A stretch of 64,000 bases of DNA, taken from NCBI GenBank assembly GCA_965227295.1, contig OZ245742.1, forward strand, positions 800,001-864,000. The letters run 5' to 3'. The DNA comes from Leptonemataceae bacterium (GTDB lineage Bacteria > Spirochaetota > Leptospiria > Leptospirales > Leptonemataceae). Below the pieces are notes generated by a model, which was not told where the DNA came from, ran no database searches, and saw only the letters and a program-made list of their open reading frames with translations. A program made the translations under genes and the position numbers. Below, one piece after another: positions 48,639 to 59,727 of this stretch (position 1 is the stretch's first letter; the number at the start of each line of letters is the position of its first letter).

Positions 48639-48822
48639 CGTTTATGACTCCTTTGTTTCCGTGCGGGTTGATGTCTTTCCGTGCCCGACAGACCGAAATG
48701 CTGTTCGTGCGCAGGAATTCGTCAATTCAATTTAGGCAGCCCCGCGGCCCACAGGGGGTTTTTGGGACATTTCACGGCTTTAGTCCGGCGGGTTCCTGAA
48801 AAAGTTCGACTTTTCCGGCCCC

Positions 48823-50583
48823 GTGGCGAGTTTCGCAGTGAAAGACGTGTCTATCTCCTTTCTAAAGATTCGGCGTACTGGAAGCCTGCTGCTCTTTGCG
48901 GCGGCACTGGGTGTGCTCATCGGCCTGCCGGCGTACTTTGCCGTGAGCATGCCGGCTGCCGACTTCGGGGCGGTGCAGGGCATCGTGAGTGCCTCGGAGC
49001 AGTGGATCGGAGCGGGCCTGCTCGGGACGGCCTTCCTCCTCCTGCTGCGGAGGATGCGCCGGGGACAGTTCCCCGCCATCGATGGCGGCGGCCCGATTTC
49101 CGGCGCGAGCCTGGCCGTGTTCCTCCCGGCAATACCGTTATTGGTGTATGTGTGGCTCTTCAGTGAGCAGGCCTACTCCAATCTCTTTTTGAGCGATCAG
49201 GACTTTACCAACATATCCAGCGCCATCAACAACACCGCGCGCGGAGACGGCCTGCTGACGACCGCGTTCTTGCAAACCGGGGCCGGCGGATCGTATCTCG
49301 GTCATCATTTTTCTCCGGTACTGTTCCTCTACGTTCCGGTGTACTGGTTCTTTCACGCGGCCGGTCGCTGGCTCGCTCCGGAGGTTTTGCTGGAATGGGG
49401 GAACACCCTGCAGCCCACGCACTGGGTCTACGCCGTGCTGCTCTGGATCACGCTGCTCGCGGCGCTCTGGTTGTGGACTCGCTTCGTGCGCCTGGAATTG
49501 CGCGATCCCCTGGCGGCGGTACTGGTCTCCGCGTTGCTTGTATCGGCGTATCCGTTGTGGCGGTTATCACTTTCGTACCACTATGAGTTGCCGGCCCTGG
49601 TCTTTTCGGCAGCGGCCTTTCTGGCATTGCGACGACGACGCATGCTTGCGTACTGGGTGGCGTTATTCTTATGGATGTCGTGCAAAGAAGACATTGCCGT
49701 ATACGTTGCGCTCTTCGGCATCTACCTGGCTGTCCACCGGCGCGACGGCGGTCCGCGCATCGGCCTGGCAACGGCAATCGTGGGGGTACTCTACTTCCTG
49801 CTCGCCAGCGGGCCGTTCATGGATCTCTTTGCGGGCGCGGAAAAACCGAACTGGGCGTCAGTATGGCAGGACGTCTGGCTCATTGACGGGCGTTCCGCAC
49901 GACCGACGTTTTTTATCGTGGCAGCGTTTGCGCTTCTGCCCCTGCTGAACGGCCGGTTGTTCTGGATCGTCATCGCGCCGATCCTCGCGCTGCACTACTT
50001 CTCGTATCATCCCTGGCATCACAACTTCCTCGGCCACTACAGTTACGATGTGCTGCCCTTTTTAATGTTCGGAACAATTCGCAGCGCGCAACGTCTGGGT
50101 CGCATCGGCCGGGTGTTCGGCGAACGGCTCCGCGAGTTCGCCCTGGTCGCGGCCCTGGGCATAAGCCTGCTTGCCGCGAGCGCGGACCGTTACATGCCCA
50201 TTCCGGGTTTGCCCGAGGATGAACGTTACAGCGTCGTCCACTCGCTACTGGAACGCATCCCCCGCGGGGCGTGTGTGCAAACCCAGGCGCCGTTCAGCGC
50301 TCACGTTCCGTTGCACGCGCGCGTGTTTCCGCTGATGATTCCCGAGACGAATCCGTTTCACGATCGCCTGCCCGGCCCGCATAACTTTGATCGTTTTTAC
50401 TTTCGCGACGCAATCTGTCGCCGCTACTATTTGCTTCTGGATCCGGACGACCCGATCGTCCCGTTCTATGTTCAGGAACATCTGGATGCCTTCGCGAACT
50501 TCGCGCGGCGCAATTTGTTTTTGGAATCGGAGCGAGAGGGCCTGCATCTCTACGTCCTGCCGCTCGTGGACCGAACCTACTGA
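48823..50583 (+). CDS. DUF2079-like multi-TM protein (GT-C-like glycosyltransferase candidate)
   Basis: SYLGHHFSP, YHYE, CKED, HYS motifs in a polytopic membrane protein. Confidence 0.7.
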   Translation: MASFAVKDVSISFLKIRRTGSLLLFAAALGVLIGLPAYFAVSMPAADFGAVQGIVSASEQWIGAGLLGTAFLLLLRRMRRGQFPAIDGGGPISGASLAVFLPAIPLLVYVWLFSEQAYSNLFLSDQDFTNISSAINNTARGDGLLTTAFLQTGAGGSYLGHHFSPVLFLYVPVYWFFHAAGRWLAPEVLLEWGNTLQPTHWVYAVLLWITLLAALWLWTRFVRLELRDPLAAVLVSALLVSAYPLWRLSLSYHYELPALVFSAAAFLALRRRRMLAYWVALFLWMSCKEDIAVYVALFGIYLAVHRRDGGPRIGLATAIVGVLYFLLASGPFMDLFAGAEKPNWASVWQDVWLIDGRSARPTFFIVAAFALLPLLNGRLFWIVIAPILALHYFSYHPWHHNFLGHYSYDVLPFLMFGTIRSAQRLGRIGRVFGERLREFALVAALGISLLAASADRYMPIPGLPEDERYSVVHSLLERIPRGACVQTQAPFSAHVPLHARVFPLMIPETNPFHDRLPGPHNFDRFYFRDAICRRYYLLLDPDDPIVPFYVQEHLDAFANFARRNLFLESEREGLHLYVLPLVDRTY

Positions 50584-50604
50584 CGACCGGCAGGCCGCAG
50601 TAAA

Positions 50605-50913
50605 TCAGACGTAGACGATGTCGATGTTACCGAGGTAGTCGCGAATTTTGCCGAGGGTTTCCGTGATGGTAGCGGCGTCGCTCGCCTTCGCAGCATCTTC
50701 GATGGTCTTACCGTGTGTCGACAGATCGTGGAATCCGTAGCCGCCTCCGGATCCCTTCATGTTATGCCCCAGAATGCGGGCCTGCTCAAAGTCCCCCGCG
50801 GCGACCGCGGCTGCAAGCTTCTCAAGATTGCCGTCCAGATTCGACAGATACGTGGGGATTAGATCCTCCAGATCGGAGTCCACTTCCACGCGAATTTTTC
50901 CTTCGTTCGACAT
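50605..50913 (-). CDS. Stand-alone Hpt domain protein
   Basis: LGHNMKGSGGGYGF phosphoacceptor motif. Confidence 0.92.
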   Translation of the reverse strand: MSNEGKIRVEVDSDLEDLIPTYLSNLDGNLEKLAAAVAAGDFEQARILGHNMKGSGGGYGFHDLSTHGKTIEDAAKASDAATITETLGKIRDYLGNIDIVYV

Positions 50914-51007
50914 ACGCCGCTCCCGCCAACCATCGTACGCAGCCCGCGCGGATTTGTTATCTGTTTTTTTTGCGCATAGCCCACTTTTAACGGAAGTCTA
51001 ACAATGA

Positions 51008-51664
51008 TTATAGGTCGGATTTCGTCTGCGAATCGTCCGCGGGTGCTGACCGTGCCGGAGCGGGCCGGCGATTCACGTACTCGGCCTCGATGGCCGCATT
51101 GATATTTCGGGCCAGCACCTGGAGGACACGGCGGCGGGCCTGGTATTCCGATTCCACGAATCCCTCACGATGAGAGTACTCCGTGCGCGCGGAGAGTTCG
51201 CGGCTCAGATACAGCTCGGATCCCGGATTCTCCCGCAGTTTGATGCGACAGGCGATCAGCAATTCATAACGCGTGGGCGTGCGCAGGTTGTCGAACATGC
51301 GGCCCTCTTTGCGGTAGACCGTGATCTCTCCGTAGAGCCAGAGCCGGGCTTCTTCCCGGGAACCGCGAAGAAAAAAGTTCTCCCGGGCCCCGGCGGCGTT
51401 GCGTACGAACTCGGCCAGCTCCACGTTGACATCCGGCTGAAAGGACTCGTTCGTGAAGTTGTGCACGAAGAGGGTGCGCGAATCGGCGGGATACTCCGAG
51501 AGATCCAGGCGCTGAAAATAAGCGCAGCCCCAGAGCGAACACACGAGCGTCGCGAACACACACGTGCGCAGTACGGCGACCGGCAATCCTCGCGGAACGG
51601 GATTATTGCGGGGCTGGCTGTTTGTCGGATGCAGGCGGTTCATCGTTCTCCGGAGGAGGTTCAT
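51008..51664 (-). CDS. LptE-like lipoprotein
   Basis: LWGC lipobox, FTNESFQP; true start likely downstream of 51664. Confidence 0.65.
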   Translation of the reverse strand: MNLLRRTMNRLHPTNSQPRNNPVPRGLPVAVLRTCVFATLVCSLWGCAYFQRLDLSEYPADSRTLFVHNFTNESFQPDVNVELAEFVRNAAGARENFFLRGSREEARLWLYGEITVYRKEGRMFDNLRTPTRYELLIACRIKLRENPGSELYLSRELSARTEYSHREGFVESEYQARRRVLQVLARNINAAIEAEYVNRRPAPARSAPADDSQTKSDL

Positions 51665-52763
51665 AATTCACGGCCTGCTTCAGACGGTCCAGTGTGTTCT
51701 CGTAATTTGCCAGGCGCGTCCAGTCCGTTCCCGATTCCAGTCCGGATTGGACCAGCGCCCGCGTGGTGGCCGCTTCGGCGCTAACATCTTCCGGCACGGG
51801 ACGCACCCGGGTGATGAACTCCGCATCACCCTCGCCGGCCAGTTGCAGGCGAATCTTCAGTTCTTTCGCGCCGTCGCTCCGCTTCCAGAGATCTTCGGCA
51901 TCGACTCCGTCCTCAAGCAACTCCGGGTCGTCGCGAAAACGGTCGATGTTCACGCCTTTGGCTGAAGCATCGAGCGGAGACGCGACGTTCATCGGCAACT
52001 CCACACGCTCGCCGTTCATGACGCGAAACCACTTGATCACCGGCGAAGAGCCCTCGCGCCCTTCGCGCTCCTGTTCGATGAGCACACTTTCCGGTTGCCC
52101 GTCACCATCGACGTCGCCGCTGATTTCCAGTTCGCCGGTGTACGACTTCGACTGAAACTCGACGAGACGCTTCTCGCGAAAGTTCATGGCCGGCTGTTGC
52201 AGTCGGGTGATGAGATAATCCGGAATCAACAGGACGAGTCCGGCGTGGTCGGAATGCGTGGAGATGATGTAACGATTGCCGGCGCGCGCTTTGCCCGCCC
52301 GGATCACCACCGGCTCTGCATCGGGTGAGTCGTAGAATCGTACGGTCGCCTCCGGTTCGGTGAGACCGAGCTCGGCAAGTTTGTCGGGATCTTCCACGGA
52401 ATAGTAGGCCTTGAGTTGAGCCTCGCGCCAATCGTTGAACAGATTCGTTACGGCCGGACCACCACGGCGGCGGGTGTAGGCAGCGTCCTCGGCAGTCGTC
52501 TGTGGCTGTGCGGCGGTTTCTTCGTCTTCCTGCGTTTGCAGATGAGCCGACACCGTCTCCACGAAGTACTCGTCCTTAAATAACGAGCCCTGACGAATTA
52601 AGCGCAGCGGCGGTTCTCCGGGCTCCTCGTACTCGATGACCGCCCAGTCCTGTTTCCAGAGATAGCCCTGGGTATCTTTGTCTTCTTCCAGCGGACCGTA
52701 GAGAATCAGCACGAGCACGATCAGCCCCGCGCCCGCGGCGATCAGAGGATAGTAACGCGCCAT
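51603..52763 (-). CDS. DUF4340-like membrane-anchored protein of a Gld-type ABC system
   Basis: N-terminal TM, LAELGL.EP, FREKRL; last gene of the ABC/GldG operon. Confidence 0.7.
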   Translation of the reverse strand: MARYYPLIAAGAGLIVLVLILYGPLEEDKDTQGYLWKQDWAVIEYEEPGEPPLRLIRQGSLFKDEYFVETVSAHLQTQEDEETAAQPQTTAEDAAYTRRRGGPAVTNLFNDWREAQLKAYYSVEDPDKLAELGLTEPEATVRFYDSPDAEPVVIRAGKARAGNRYIISTHSDHAGLVLLIPDYLITRLQQPAMNFREKRLVEFQSKSYTGELEISGDVDGDGQPESVLIEQEREGREGSSPVIKWFRVMNGERVELPMNVASPLDASAKGVNIDRFRDDPELLEDGVDAEDLWKRSDGAKELKIRLQLAGEGDAEFITRVRPVPEDVSAEAATTRALVQSGLESGTDWTRLANYENTLDRLKQAVNYEPPPENDEPPASDKQPAPQ

Positions 52764-54706
52764 CAGCCTGCTCCCACAAACTTACGATTGCGGCGATAAA
52801 GATAGATGCTCAGCGCCAGACTGAGACTCACCACGAGCGGAAAGATGAAGATGCCGACGGTGATGAGACGAAACTTGCTTTCGTCGGTGACCTCGGTGGT
52901 ACGCTGGAGGCGTTCCTTCGGAACGATGCCGGCGACCAGCGGGCTCTCGGTCAGCCAGAAGAACGCCTGGGATGCCAGCACCAGGTTTTTGTGGCGCACC
53001 TCGTACGCGCGCAGGCCGCGTTCCGCAATCCAATCGGTACCGGAGAAGATAAGGACCCGGGGACCCTCTTCGTTCGCGGCAGCGGCGGCCGGGTTTTCGT
53101 AGGCCAGGGCCGCGGCATGACGCGGCATGGCCTCGGACGCATCCCGGCGACGATTGCGGTTCGCGTCGTGATATGCGTCGTACGGTGTGTTCAGTACTTC
53201 TTTCGGTGTTAGATCCTGGAGCGGACTTTCTTCTTCGGCCTTCGCAGCATCCGGGGAACGCAGCACGCTTTCGAAATAACCGCCGTTGGGATAAACGACC
53301 AGGGCCTGAATGCCGCGGTTGATGTCTTTGAGAATCGGATGATCACCGAAGTTTCGCATGACGGCGACGTTCGGCACCGTGGTATTCGTAAGCGGGCGAT
53401 TGCGATACTCGTAGGGTTTGCCGCCCATGGCGTCGCGCAGCCACTTGAAATCTTCGCGCCCCTCGGGATCGATCGTAATAAAGAGTTTCCCGCCGCGCTG
53501 AACGTAATCGAAGATCGCCTGGCGGGCTTCGTCGCCGAAGGGCACCGTCGGCCCCACGATAAACAATACGGATGTATCGTCTTTCACCGGGCCGGGCCAG
53601 CCGTTCCGCGTATCAAAGTGATCGACACTGCTGTTGAAAAAGCGCAGTTGTTCCTTGAGGCTTTCGATGCTTGCCGCCTGGCTGATGTCCTGCGTGAGGC
53701 CGTAGCGTTCGCCGTTGGCGTTGGTGAAGTAGATCTTGCGACGCGGCGAAGACACGTAGATGAGCGCCTCGGTGGCCTCACGCTCCAGCTTGCTCATGTC
53801 TTTTTCGGACAGAACGTGCACCCGGCGCTCGACGTAGGGTTTGTCCCCGGCCGATACGAAGTCCTTGCGTGTTACCCGAAACACGATGGTGCCGTTGGAA
53901 ACCGTACCGAACTCCTCGGTATTGAAGGCTTCTAAGTCGGCGTTCTTGAAGACGAGTTCGATGTTTGAATTGATCAGCGGAAGTTGCTCGAGCATCACCC
54001 GCAGTTCTTCGACAATGCGATAGAGTTCCGGAGTGCGCACGCGATCGGAACGCTGCTGCACCATCTGTTGCTCCGGCAAAAAGGCCGTGATCTCGACCTT
54101 CTCTTCGATGGAGCCGATGATGGTCCGCGATTCTTCGCCGAAAGAAAAATAACCCGGCGAAAGATCCAGGGCGGGATTCCGCACGGCGCTCACGAAGTTG
54201 AGCAGGATGAGGATCGGCACGAAGGCGAAGATTGAAAACGCCGAGGTCTTGAGAAAGTTCTGCTTTTTGTCACGCAGGCGTGCGCCGCCGGCATCGGCCT
54301 GCACGGAGAAGCTCATGCTGAGCATGAAACGATAGATGACCGAGGCACCGTACGAAATCAAAAAGAGAAACAGCAACGCCAGGCGCAACCGCGGCAGGAA
54401 CGCTTCTTCACCGGCGGCCAGTTGACTCACCGGCACCTCAATGAAATAACGAATCAGAAAAAAAACGAGCGCCGCAAGAGCGAGCCCCCAGGCGATCCAG
54501 AAGCCGCGCTCAATGCTCTCGAGTTTTTGCTGCGCCTTTGCGAGCAACAGCATTGCCGGGTCGCTGAGCGCGGCCAGCGCGCCGAGAATCAAGAAGGCCC
54601 AGCCCCAGACCGTATCCGGAAAACTCGTGGCGACGTAGAATACGAGCGAGCCCGCGAAGTAGATCCAGATACCGAAGCGTTGATAGAGGGGAACGATTCT
54701 TTCCAT
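52763..54706 (-). CDS. GldG-family ABC auxiliary component
   Basis: Multiple N-terminal TMs, DLS...FS, KIYFT..GE, YV.RGGKL, C-terminal TM; start set at MERIV. Confidence 0.75.
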   Translation of the reverse strand: MERIVPLYQRFGIWIYFAGSLVFYVATSFPDTVWGWAFLILGALAALSDPAMLLLAKAQQKLESIERGFWIAWGLALAALVFFLIRYFIEVPVSQLAAGEEAFLPRLRLALLFLFLISYGASVIYRFMLSMSFSVQADAGGARLRDKKQNFLKTSAFSIFAFVPILILLNFVSAVRNPALDLSPGYFSFGEESRTIIGSIEEKVEITAFLPEQQMVQQRSDRVRTPELYRIVEELRVMLEQLPLINSNIELVFKNADLEAFNTEEFGTVSNGTIVFRVTRKDFVSAGDKPYVERRVHVLSEKDMSKLEREATEALIYVSSPRRKIYFTNANGERYGLTQDISQAASIESLKEQLRFFNSSVDHFDTRNGWPGPVKDDTSVLFIVGPTVPFGDEARQAIFDYVQRGGKLFITIDPEGREDFKWLRDAMGGKPYEYRNRPLTNTTVPNVAVMRNFGDHPILKDINRGIQALVVYPNGGYFESVLRSPDAAKAEEESPLQDLTPKEVLNTPYDAYHDANRNRRRDASEAMPRHAAALAYENPAAAAANEEGPRVLIFSGTDWIAERGLRAYEVRHKNLVLASQAFFWLTESPLVAGIVPKERLQRTTEVTDESKFRLITVGIFIFPLVVSLSLALSIYLYRRNRKFVGAG

Positions 54707-54749
54707 AAGAAGTAAACTGTGCGATGATACGTGTGATGCGCCGGTCTGT

Positions 54750-55538
54750 TCAGCCCTGACCGCGCCAGCGCCGGGATTCCAGAACCTTAACCGTAAGAAA
54801 TAAGAACAAAGCCGTGAGGCTCGCAAAGAAGACCATGCCCTTGAGCGGAATCACGCCCCGGGTAAACGGCATGTACTGATGCAATCCGTGCAGATGCGTG
54901 AAGATGCCCTTCGCCGGCTCCGGTAAGAGGCCCGCCATAAAACCGCCGACTTCCACCACGAGCAGCAAGGCCGCGCCGATCAACAACGCCATGAGATAGG
55001 TATCGGAGAGCGACGAAGCGAACAGGCCGATGCTGTAGCCGTAGAGGCCGGCCAGGATGAGTCCGACCAGGCCGGACACGACCATCCACCACGGCGCTTC
55101 GGCGATCCAGAGGATGTAGATCATCGTAACGCCGAACGAGATGCTCGTAATTAAGAACGCGCCCATAAGGAACTTACCGAGGACGATTTCGACATCGGTG
55201 ACGGGCAGCGTGTAGAGCAACTCCAGGGTTCCCTGGCGACGCTCGTGTACGAAGGCCGACATCGAGAGAAAGAGCGACGCAAGCAAGATGATGCGGTAGA
55301 ACGTTTGAAACAGAACGCTCGAAACGGTTTCGTACGTCGTGCCCGGCGTAAGCGCCAGCAGCACGCTGATGAGACCGCACAAGAATGCGACGATGCCGAT
55401 GCTCACCGCGGGCAGGTTGGAACCGAGAAAGGAATCCAGTTCTTTGAGAAAGATCCAGCGGGCCTGGGTAAAGGCCCGCAGCGGGGACAGCCCCTTTTCC
55501 GCGGGCTTTGCTCCCGTAGTTTCTTTTGAATCGCTCAT
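54750..55538 (-). CDS. ABC-2 type permease (GldF-like)
   Basis: KEL, ERRQGTLELLYTLPV, IVLGKF, IGLFASSL, ESRRW motifs; start MSDSK. Confidence 0.9.
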   Translation of the reverse strand: MSDSKETTGAKPAEKGLSPLRAFTQARWIFLKELDSFLGSNLPAVSIGIVAFLCGLISVLLALTPGTTYETVSSVLFQTFYRIILLASLFLSMSAFVHERRQGTLELLYTLPVTDVEIVLGKFLMGAFLITSISFGVTMIYILWIAEAPWWMVVSGLVGLILAGLYGYSIGLFASSLSDTYLMALLIGAALLLVVEVGGFMAGLLPEPAKGIFTHLHGLHQYMPFTRGVIPLKGMVFFASLTALFLFLTVKVLESRRWRGQG

Positions 55539-55555
55539 AACGTTTGTGGTTGTCT

Positions 55556-56278
55556 TCAGCCGCCGACGCGGGTCACGGGATCCCTTGTCATTTCCAGGAA
55601 CTGTGCTTCCAGGTTTTGGTGCAGGGAATCGCCGGAGAGTTCGCCGGCCAATTCGCCCTTGTGGATGACGACGACCCGGTCGCAAGTTTGGCTGACCTCT
55701 GTCAGAATATGACTGGAGATGAGAATCGTATGCTCCCCGGCCAGGCGGCGCATGAGTTTGCGGATCTCGACGATCTGCACGGGATCGAGTCCGGAGATGG
55801 GCTCATCAAAGATGAGCACCTGGGGCGTTCCGATGAGGGCCTGGGAAATCCCTACCCGCTTACGATAGCCGAGGGACAGGTTGCCGATCAAAGAACGCCG
55901 GGCCGGTTCGAGGCGCGTGAGTTCGGTGACGCGCAGGAACTCCGCTTCGAACTCTTCTTTTTCGGTCACCCCGCGGAGGCGGGCGACGAAGCGCAGGTAA
56001 TCCTCAACGGTAAGTTCCGGATACAGGGGCGGCACTTCCGGCAAATAGCCGATGCGGTGTTTCACCGCGAGCGGATCTTCAAAAACGTCAATGCCGTCGA
56101 TGGAACACTCGCCGCTGGTGGGCGTGAGGAAACCGGTGAGAGTACGGAGGCATGTGGTCTTGCCGGCGCCGTTCAAACCCAGCAGTCCAACCACTTCTCC
56201 CGGCTGAATATCGAAGCTGACATTTTTCAGAGCCGGAAACGTGCCGTAGTATTTGGTCAGGTTTTCGACGTGAATCAT
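55556..56278 (-). CDS. ABC transporter ATP-binding protein (GldA-like)
   Basis: GLNGAGKTT, LSLGY, FDEP, SSH motifs. Confidence 0.95.
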   Translation of the reverse strand: MIHVENLTKYYGTFPALKNVSFDIQPGEVVGLLGLNGAGKTTCLRTLTGFLTPTSGECSIDGIDVFEDPLAVKHRIGYLPEVPPLYPELTVEDYLRFVARLRGVTEKEEFEAEFLRVTELTRLEPARRSLIGNLSLGYRKRVGISQALIGTPQVLIFDEPISGLDPVQIVEIRKLMRRLAGEHTILISSHILTEVSQTCDRVVVIHKGELAGELSGDSLHQNLEAQFLEMTRDPVTRVGG

Positions 56279-56366
56279 CTTGCTTACACCTGTCTCACGC
56301 GCACTCGCCCGCTGACTGTCAATAAATTTTATTGGACTCTAATCGACCTGGCGCTACCCTGCCCCT

Positions 56367-58019
56367 GTGAGACTTCCGGCTGCACCGGCGCTCGCCGTTT
56401 CCCTCCTCGTATTTTCCCTGACGGGCCTTGCGGTTCTCGTAAATCCGGAACCGCTGTGCGCGGATGGCGGCTATTATCGCCAGGGTAAAATCCACTTCGG
56501 CGCGCGCCAGTACGACCAGGCCTTCGAATACTTCCAGAAAGCCCTGCGCGCCCAACCGTCCAACGGCAATCCGCTGTTCTACATGGGCTACATCCTGGAA
56601 CAACAGAACCGGCGCGCCGAGGCCGTGGAATCGTATCGCCGGGCGGTGGATCTGCGCATGGATCGCGATCTGCGCGAGAAGGCGTTCTGGAAGATCGTAC
56701 TCCACTATAAGTTCATTCAGGACTGGGAGAATCTCTACGTTTACTCCGAGAAATTCTTAAAATACAACGATTCGAAATCAGTTCGTAAACTTTACGATCT
56801 GGCCGCCGAGAAGCGCGATCCCCGCATGGCGCGCATCACGCCGCTCATGACGGCAGCGGCGAAAGACCGCAAGGCCGGGCGCTACTACGAGGCGGCGGAC
56901 AACTACCGCCGCGCCCTCGGCATTAAGTCGGATCACTACCCGGCTCGCTGGGAACTGGCTTTAATTGAAATGAAGTTAAAGCAGTACCGCTCCGCCGAAC
57001 GGAATTTGCGCACGCTCATGCGGTCCACGTCGGCGCGCTGGGAGTACTTCTACAAGGCGGCCATCTGCAACTATCACATCGAGAACTACGACCAGGCCCT
57101 GAGAGACCTGGAAGCCGCCCGGAAGAACAACGAAGATCCCAACGACGCTTTTATCTACTACGTAAATCTCGCCGAGGGACTCATTCGCCTGGAAGAGAAT
57201 CAGGCAGTGCGCGCCCGGGAAGTTCTCAGCGAGGCCAACGAGAAAAAGAGCACGCCCCGCGTACAGGGCGCCCTGGCCCGGGCCCTCTGGGAAACCGGCG
57301 ACCACGGCAACGCCCACAGCCTGGCCCGGCGCGCGCTCAAAGCGGAACCGCGTCAGGAAGACGCTCTGCTGGTGGACGCCCTGGCTCTCATTCGCGCGAA
57401 CAAATCACAAGCTTATACTCGCAGTAAGTTACTGCTGGACGTCGTGAACGCGGAACTCGGCGAAGAACGCGCCGGTGAACCCGCGCCGCCGCAGTATACA
57501 CCGGCCATGCTGTACCTCGGTCGCGCGGCCGCGGCGAAGCGTGACTGGAAACTCGCCATTGCCGCTTACGAACGCGTGCACCTGCGCAAGCTGCAATCCA
57601 TCTACGAAGGCGAGCGTCGCGCCGGTTCGAAAGACAACTCCCTGCACGAGTACAACTACCATTACGGCACGGCCCTCTATCACGCCGATCGCCTGCCCCA
57701 GGCCATCGTCACTCTCCGACGCGCGGACGACCTGCCCGCGGCGAAGTTTATGATCGCCCAGGCTTACGCGAAACAAGAGGACGAGCGCAACGCCCGCAGT
57801 TGGTTGAAGAGCGCGGCGGAGGCCGATGAAAAGTACTGGCAGGCGGCCGAGCGTGACGCGGCGTTTTCCAAACTCATGCGCGACGCCGACTTCGCCGGTT
57901 TCGTGCGTCGCCGCGGCAAAGAACCGGAACCTGAGCCGCAAGAAACGAAGCAGGTCGAATCATTCACCACGGAAACGAATCAATCGTCTCCGCAATCAAG
58001 TACGGGCGGACGAGAGTAA
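56367..58019 (+). CDS. Exported tetratricopeptide repeat protein
   Basis: Signal peptide and multiple TPR-like helical repeats. Confidence 0.85.
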   Translation: MRLPAAPALAVSLLVFSLTGLAVLVNPEPLCADGGYYRQGKIHFGARQYDQAFEYFQKALRAQPSNGNPLFYMGYILEQQNRRAEAVESYRRAVDLRMDRDLREKAFWKIVLHYKFIQDWENLYVYSEKFLKYNDSKSVRKLYDLAAEKRDPRMARITPLMTAAAKDRKAGRYYEAADNYRRALGIKSDHYPARWELALIEMKLKQYRSAERNLRTLMRSTSARWEYFYKAAICNYHIENYDQALRDLEAARKNNEDPNDAFIYYVNLAEGLIRLEENQAVRAREVLSEANEKKSTPRVQGALARALWETGDHGNAHSLARRALKAEPRQEDALLVDALALIRANKSQAYTRSKLLLDVVNAELGEERAGEPAPPQYTPAMLYLGRAAAAKRDWKLAIAAYERVHLRKLQSIYEGERRAGSKDNSLHEYNYHYGTALYHADRLPQAIVTLRRADDLPAAKFMIAQAYAKQEDERNARSWLKSAAEADEKYWQAAERDAAFSKLMRDADFAGFVRRRGKEPEPEPQETKQVESFTTETNQSSPQSSTGGRE

Positions 58020-58021
58020 CC

Positions 58022-59722
58022 ATGCCGTCGCGTAAAACAGCAGACGATCCCGGCGATTCCGCCGGGGGGTTATTCGATCGATCCGGCCTGCAACGCGCAA
58101 AGCGCTACATGCAGGAAGAACTGGACCGGGCCCGCCGTAACTTTCGCGTGCGCGGCAAGCCGCCGATCTATTATCTCTCGTACCTCTTTCGCAATCACCG
58201 CACGCTGAAACTCTGGGGGCGCCTGGGAGCCATCAACGAACGTTCGGATCGCACGCAGAATTCGGTCTACTGCGACGTGCGTGTGGGCTCGCATCGCTAC
58301 GATAACGTGAGCGGCGGCGGCCTCGAGGATAACAGCGACCGCGACGAATCCTACGACTACATCCAGATGCCCCAGGAACCTTCGAAGGATTCCTTTAAGT
58401 TCGGATTGTGGAAACTTACGGACGCCCGCTACCGCGACGCGGCGGAACAGTACTATCATCGCAAGTCCCAGGAACTGCACTACGTCGAAGCCTATCCGGA
58501 ACTGCCGTCCCGGCGCCGCGCAAAAAAAGAACACCACTTCCGCTATCGCGAAGTACCCGAGGTGGACCTCGACTACTGGACGCATCTCTTGCGCCGGGCC
58601 GGCAACCTGGTAAAAAAGTACCGGGAAATCCAGAATTCCTGGTTTGAGTTCATCGCCCGCCAACGCCAGCATCTCTTCGTCTCCAGCGCGGACAGTCTCA
58701 TTCTTCAGCAGTGGGGCATCTACGAACTGCGCGCGCATGTGTGGTTGCTCACACCGGACGGCGAGGGACTCTCGCAGGAAGTCAACTTGATCGAAGGCGA
58801 TCCGTCCGATCTGCCCAACGAAAAAGAGTTTCTGCGTCAGGTCCAGGCGCGCATCGACACGCTGCTGGAATTACAGAAGGCGCCGCGTCTGAACTCGTAC
58901 TCGGGACCGGTGCTGCTCGCCCCGGACCCGGCCGGCGTATTCTTTCACGAGGTCATCGGCCATCGCCTGGAAGGATCCCGGTTGCTGAATCCCGACGAAG
59001 GCGCCACGTTCATGGACCTGCGCGGACAACGCGTGGCGCCGGACTACATCGACATCGTCGACGATCCCACGTTGGAAACCTTCGAAGAGACGGGAGCGGA
59101 CGGACGCAAACGCAAGCGCACGATGATCGGTCGTTTTCGTTACGATGACGAAGGCAGTCGTTCGGAACGCGCGGTGCTCGTAGAACGCGGCGTGCTCAAG
59201 AACTTCCTGACCACCGCGGCGCCGATTCCCGGCCAGCGTACGTTGAACGGTCACGCGCGAAACGAGTTTCACGAGCGGCCCATCTCTCGCATGGGCAATC
59301 TCTACGTGGTAAACCGCAAGCCCGTATCGCGCGAAGAGATGCGCGAACGTTTTATTGAAGAGATCAAACGACAAAAGAAACCGTACGGCATTGTCGTCAA
59401 AGAGGTGCTCGGCGGTGAGACCGGCACCGATAACTACGACTTCCAGGCGTTTAAGGGCGAGATCCTGCACGCCGTCCGCGTCTTTGCCGACGGCCGCGAG
59501 GAACCGGTGCGCGGAGTGGACTTCGTCGGCACGCCCATGTCCGCGCTGGACTCCGTCGTCTGTCTCGGCGACGATGCGATCCTCGATAACTCCTACTGCG
59601 GCGCCGAGTCCGGCATGGTCCCGGTATCGACGATCGCGCCGTCGATGTTGATCCGCAACCTGGAGTTACAGGGCCAGGATCGCGAACGGTTTACACAGTA
59701 CGTCTTGCCGCTGCCGTATTGA
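58022..59722 (+). CDS. TldD/PmbA family metallopeptidase
   Basis: FFHEVIGHRLE (HExxxH), DDP, YDDEG, NGHAR, RMGN, CG..SG.VPV motifs. Confidence 0.9.
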   Translation: MPSRKTADDPGDSAGGLFDRSGLQRAKRYMQEELDRARRNFRVRGKPPIYYLSYLFRNHRTLKLWGRLGAINERSDRTQNSVYCDVRVGSHRYDNVSGGGLEDNSDRDESYDYIQMPQEPSKDSFKFGLWKLTDARYRDAAEQYYHRKSQELHYVEAYPELPSRRRAKKEHHFRYREVPEVDLDYWTHLLRRAGNLVKKYREIQNSWFEFIARQRQHLFVSSADSLILQQWGIYELRAHVWLLTPDGEGLSQEVNLIEGDPSDLPNEKEFLRQVQARIDTLLELQKAPRLNSYSGPVLLAPDPAGVFFHEVIGHRLEGSRLLNPDEGATFMDLRGQRVAPDYIDIVDDPTLETFEETGADGRKRKRTMIGRFRYDDEGSRSERAVLVERGVLKNFLTTAAPIPGQRTLNGHARNEFHERPISRMGNLYVVNRKPVSREEMRERFIEEIKRQKKPYGIVVKEVLGGETGTDNYDFQAFKGEILHAVRVFADGREEPVRGVDFVGTPMSALDSVVCLGDDAILDNSYCGAESGMVPVSTIAPSMLIRNLELQGQDRERFTQYVLPLPY

Positions 59723-59727
59723 TTGCG

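Noticed and set aside
51603-56278. Gld-like ABC operon as evidence of gliding motility
   Set aside because: GldA/F/G-like systems are widespread in non-gliding bacteria, and no T9SS or motor genes are present.
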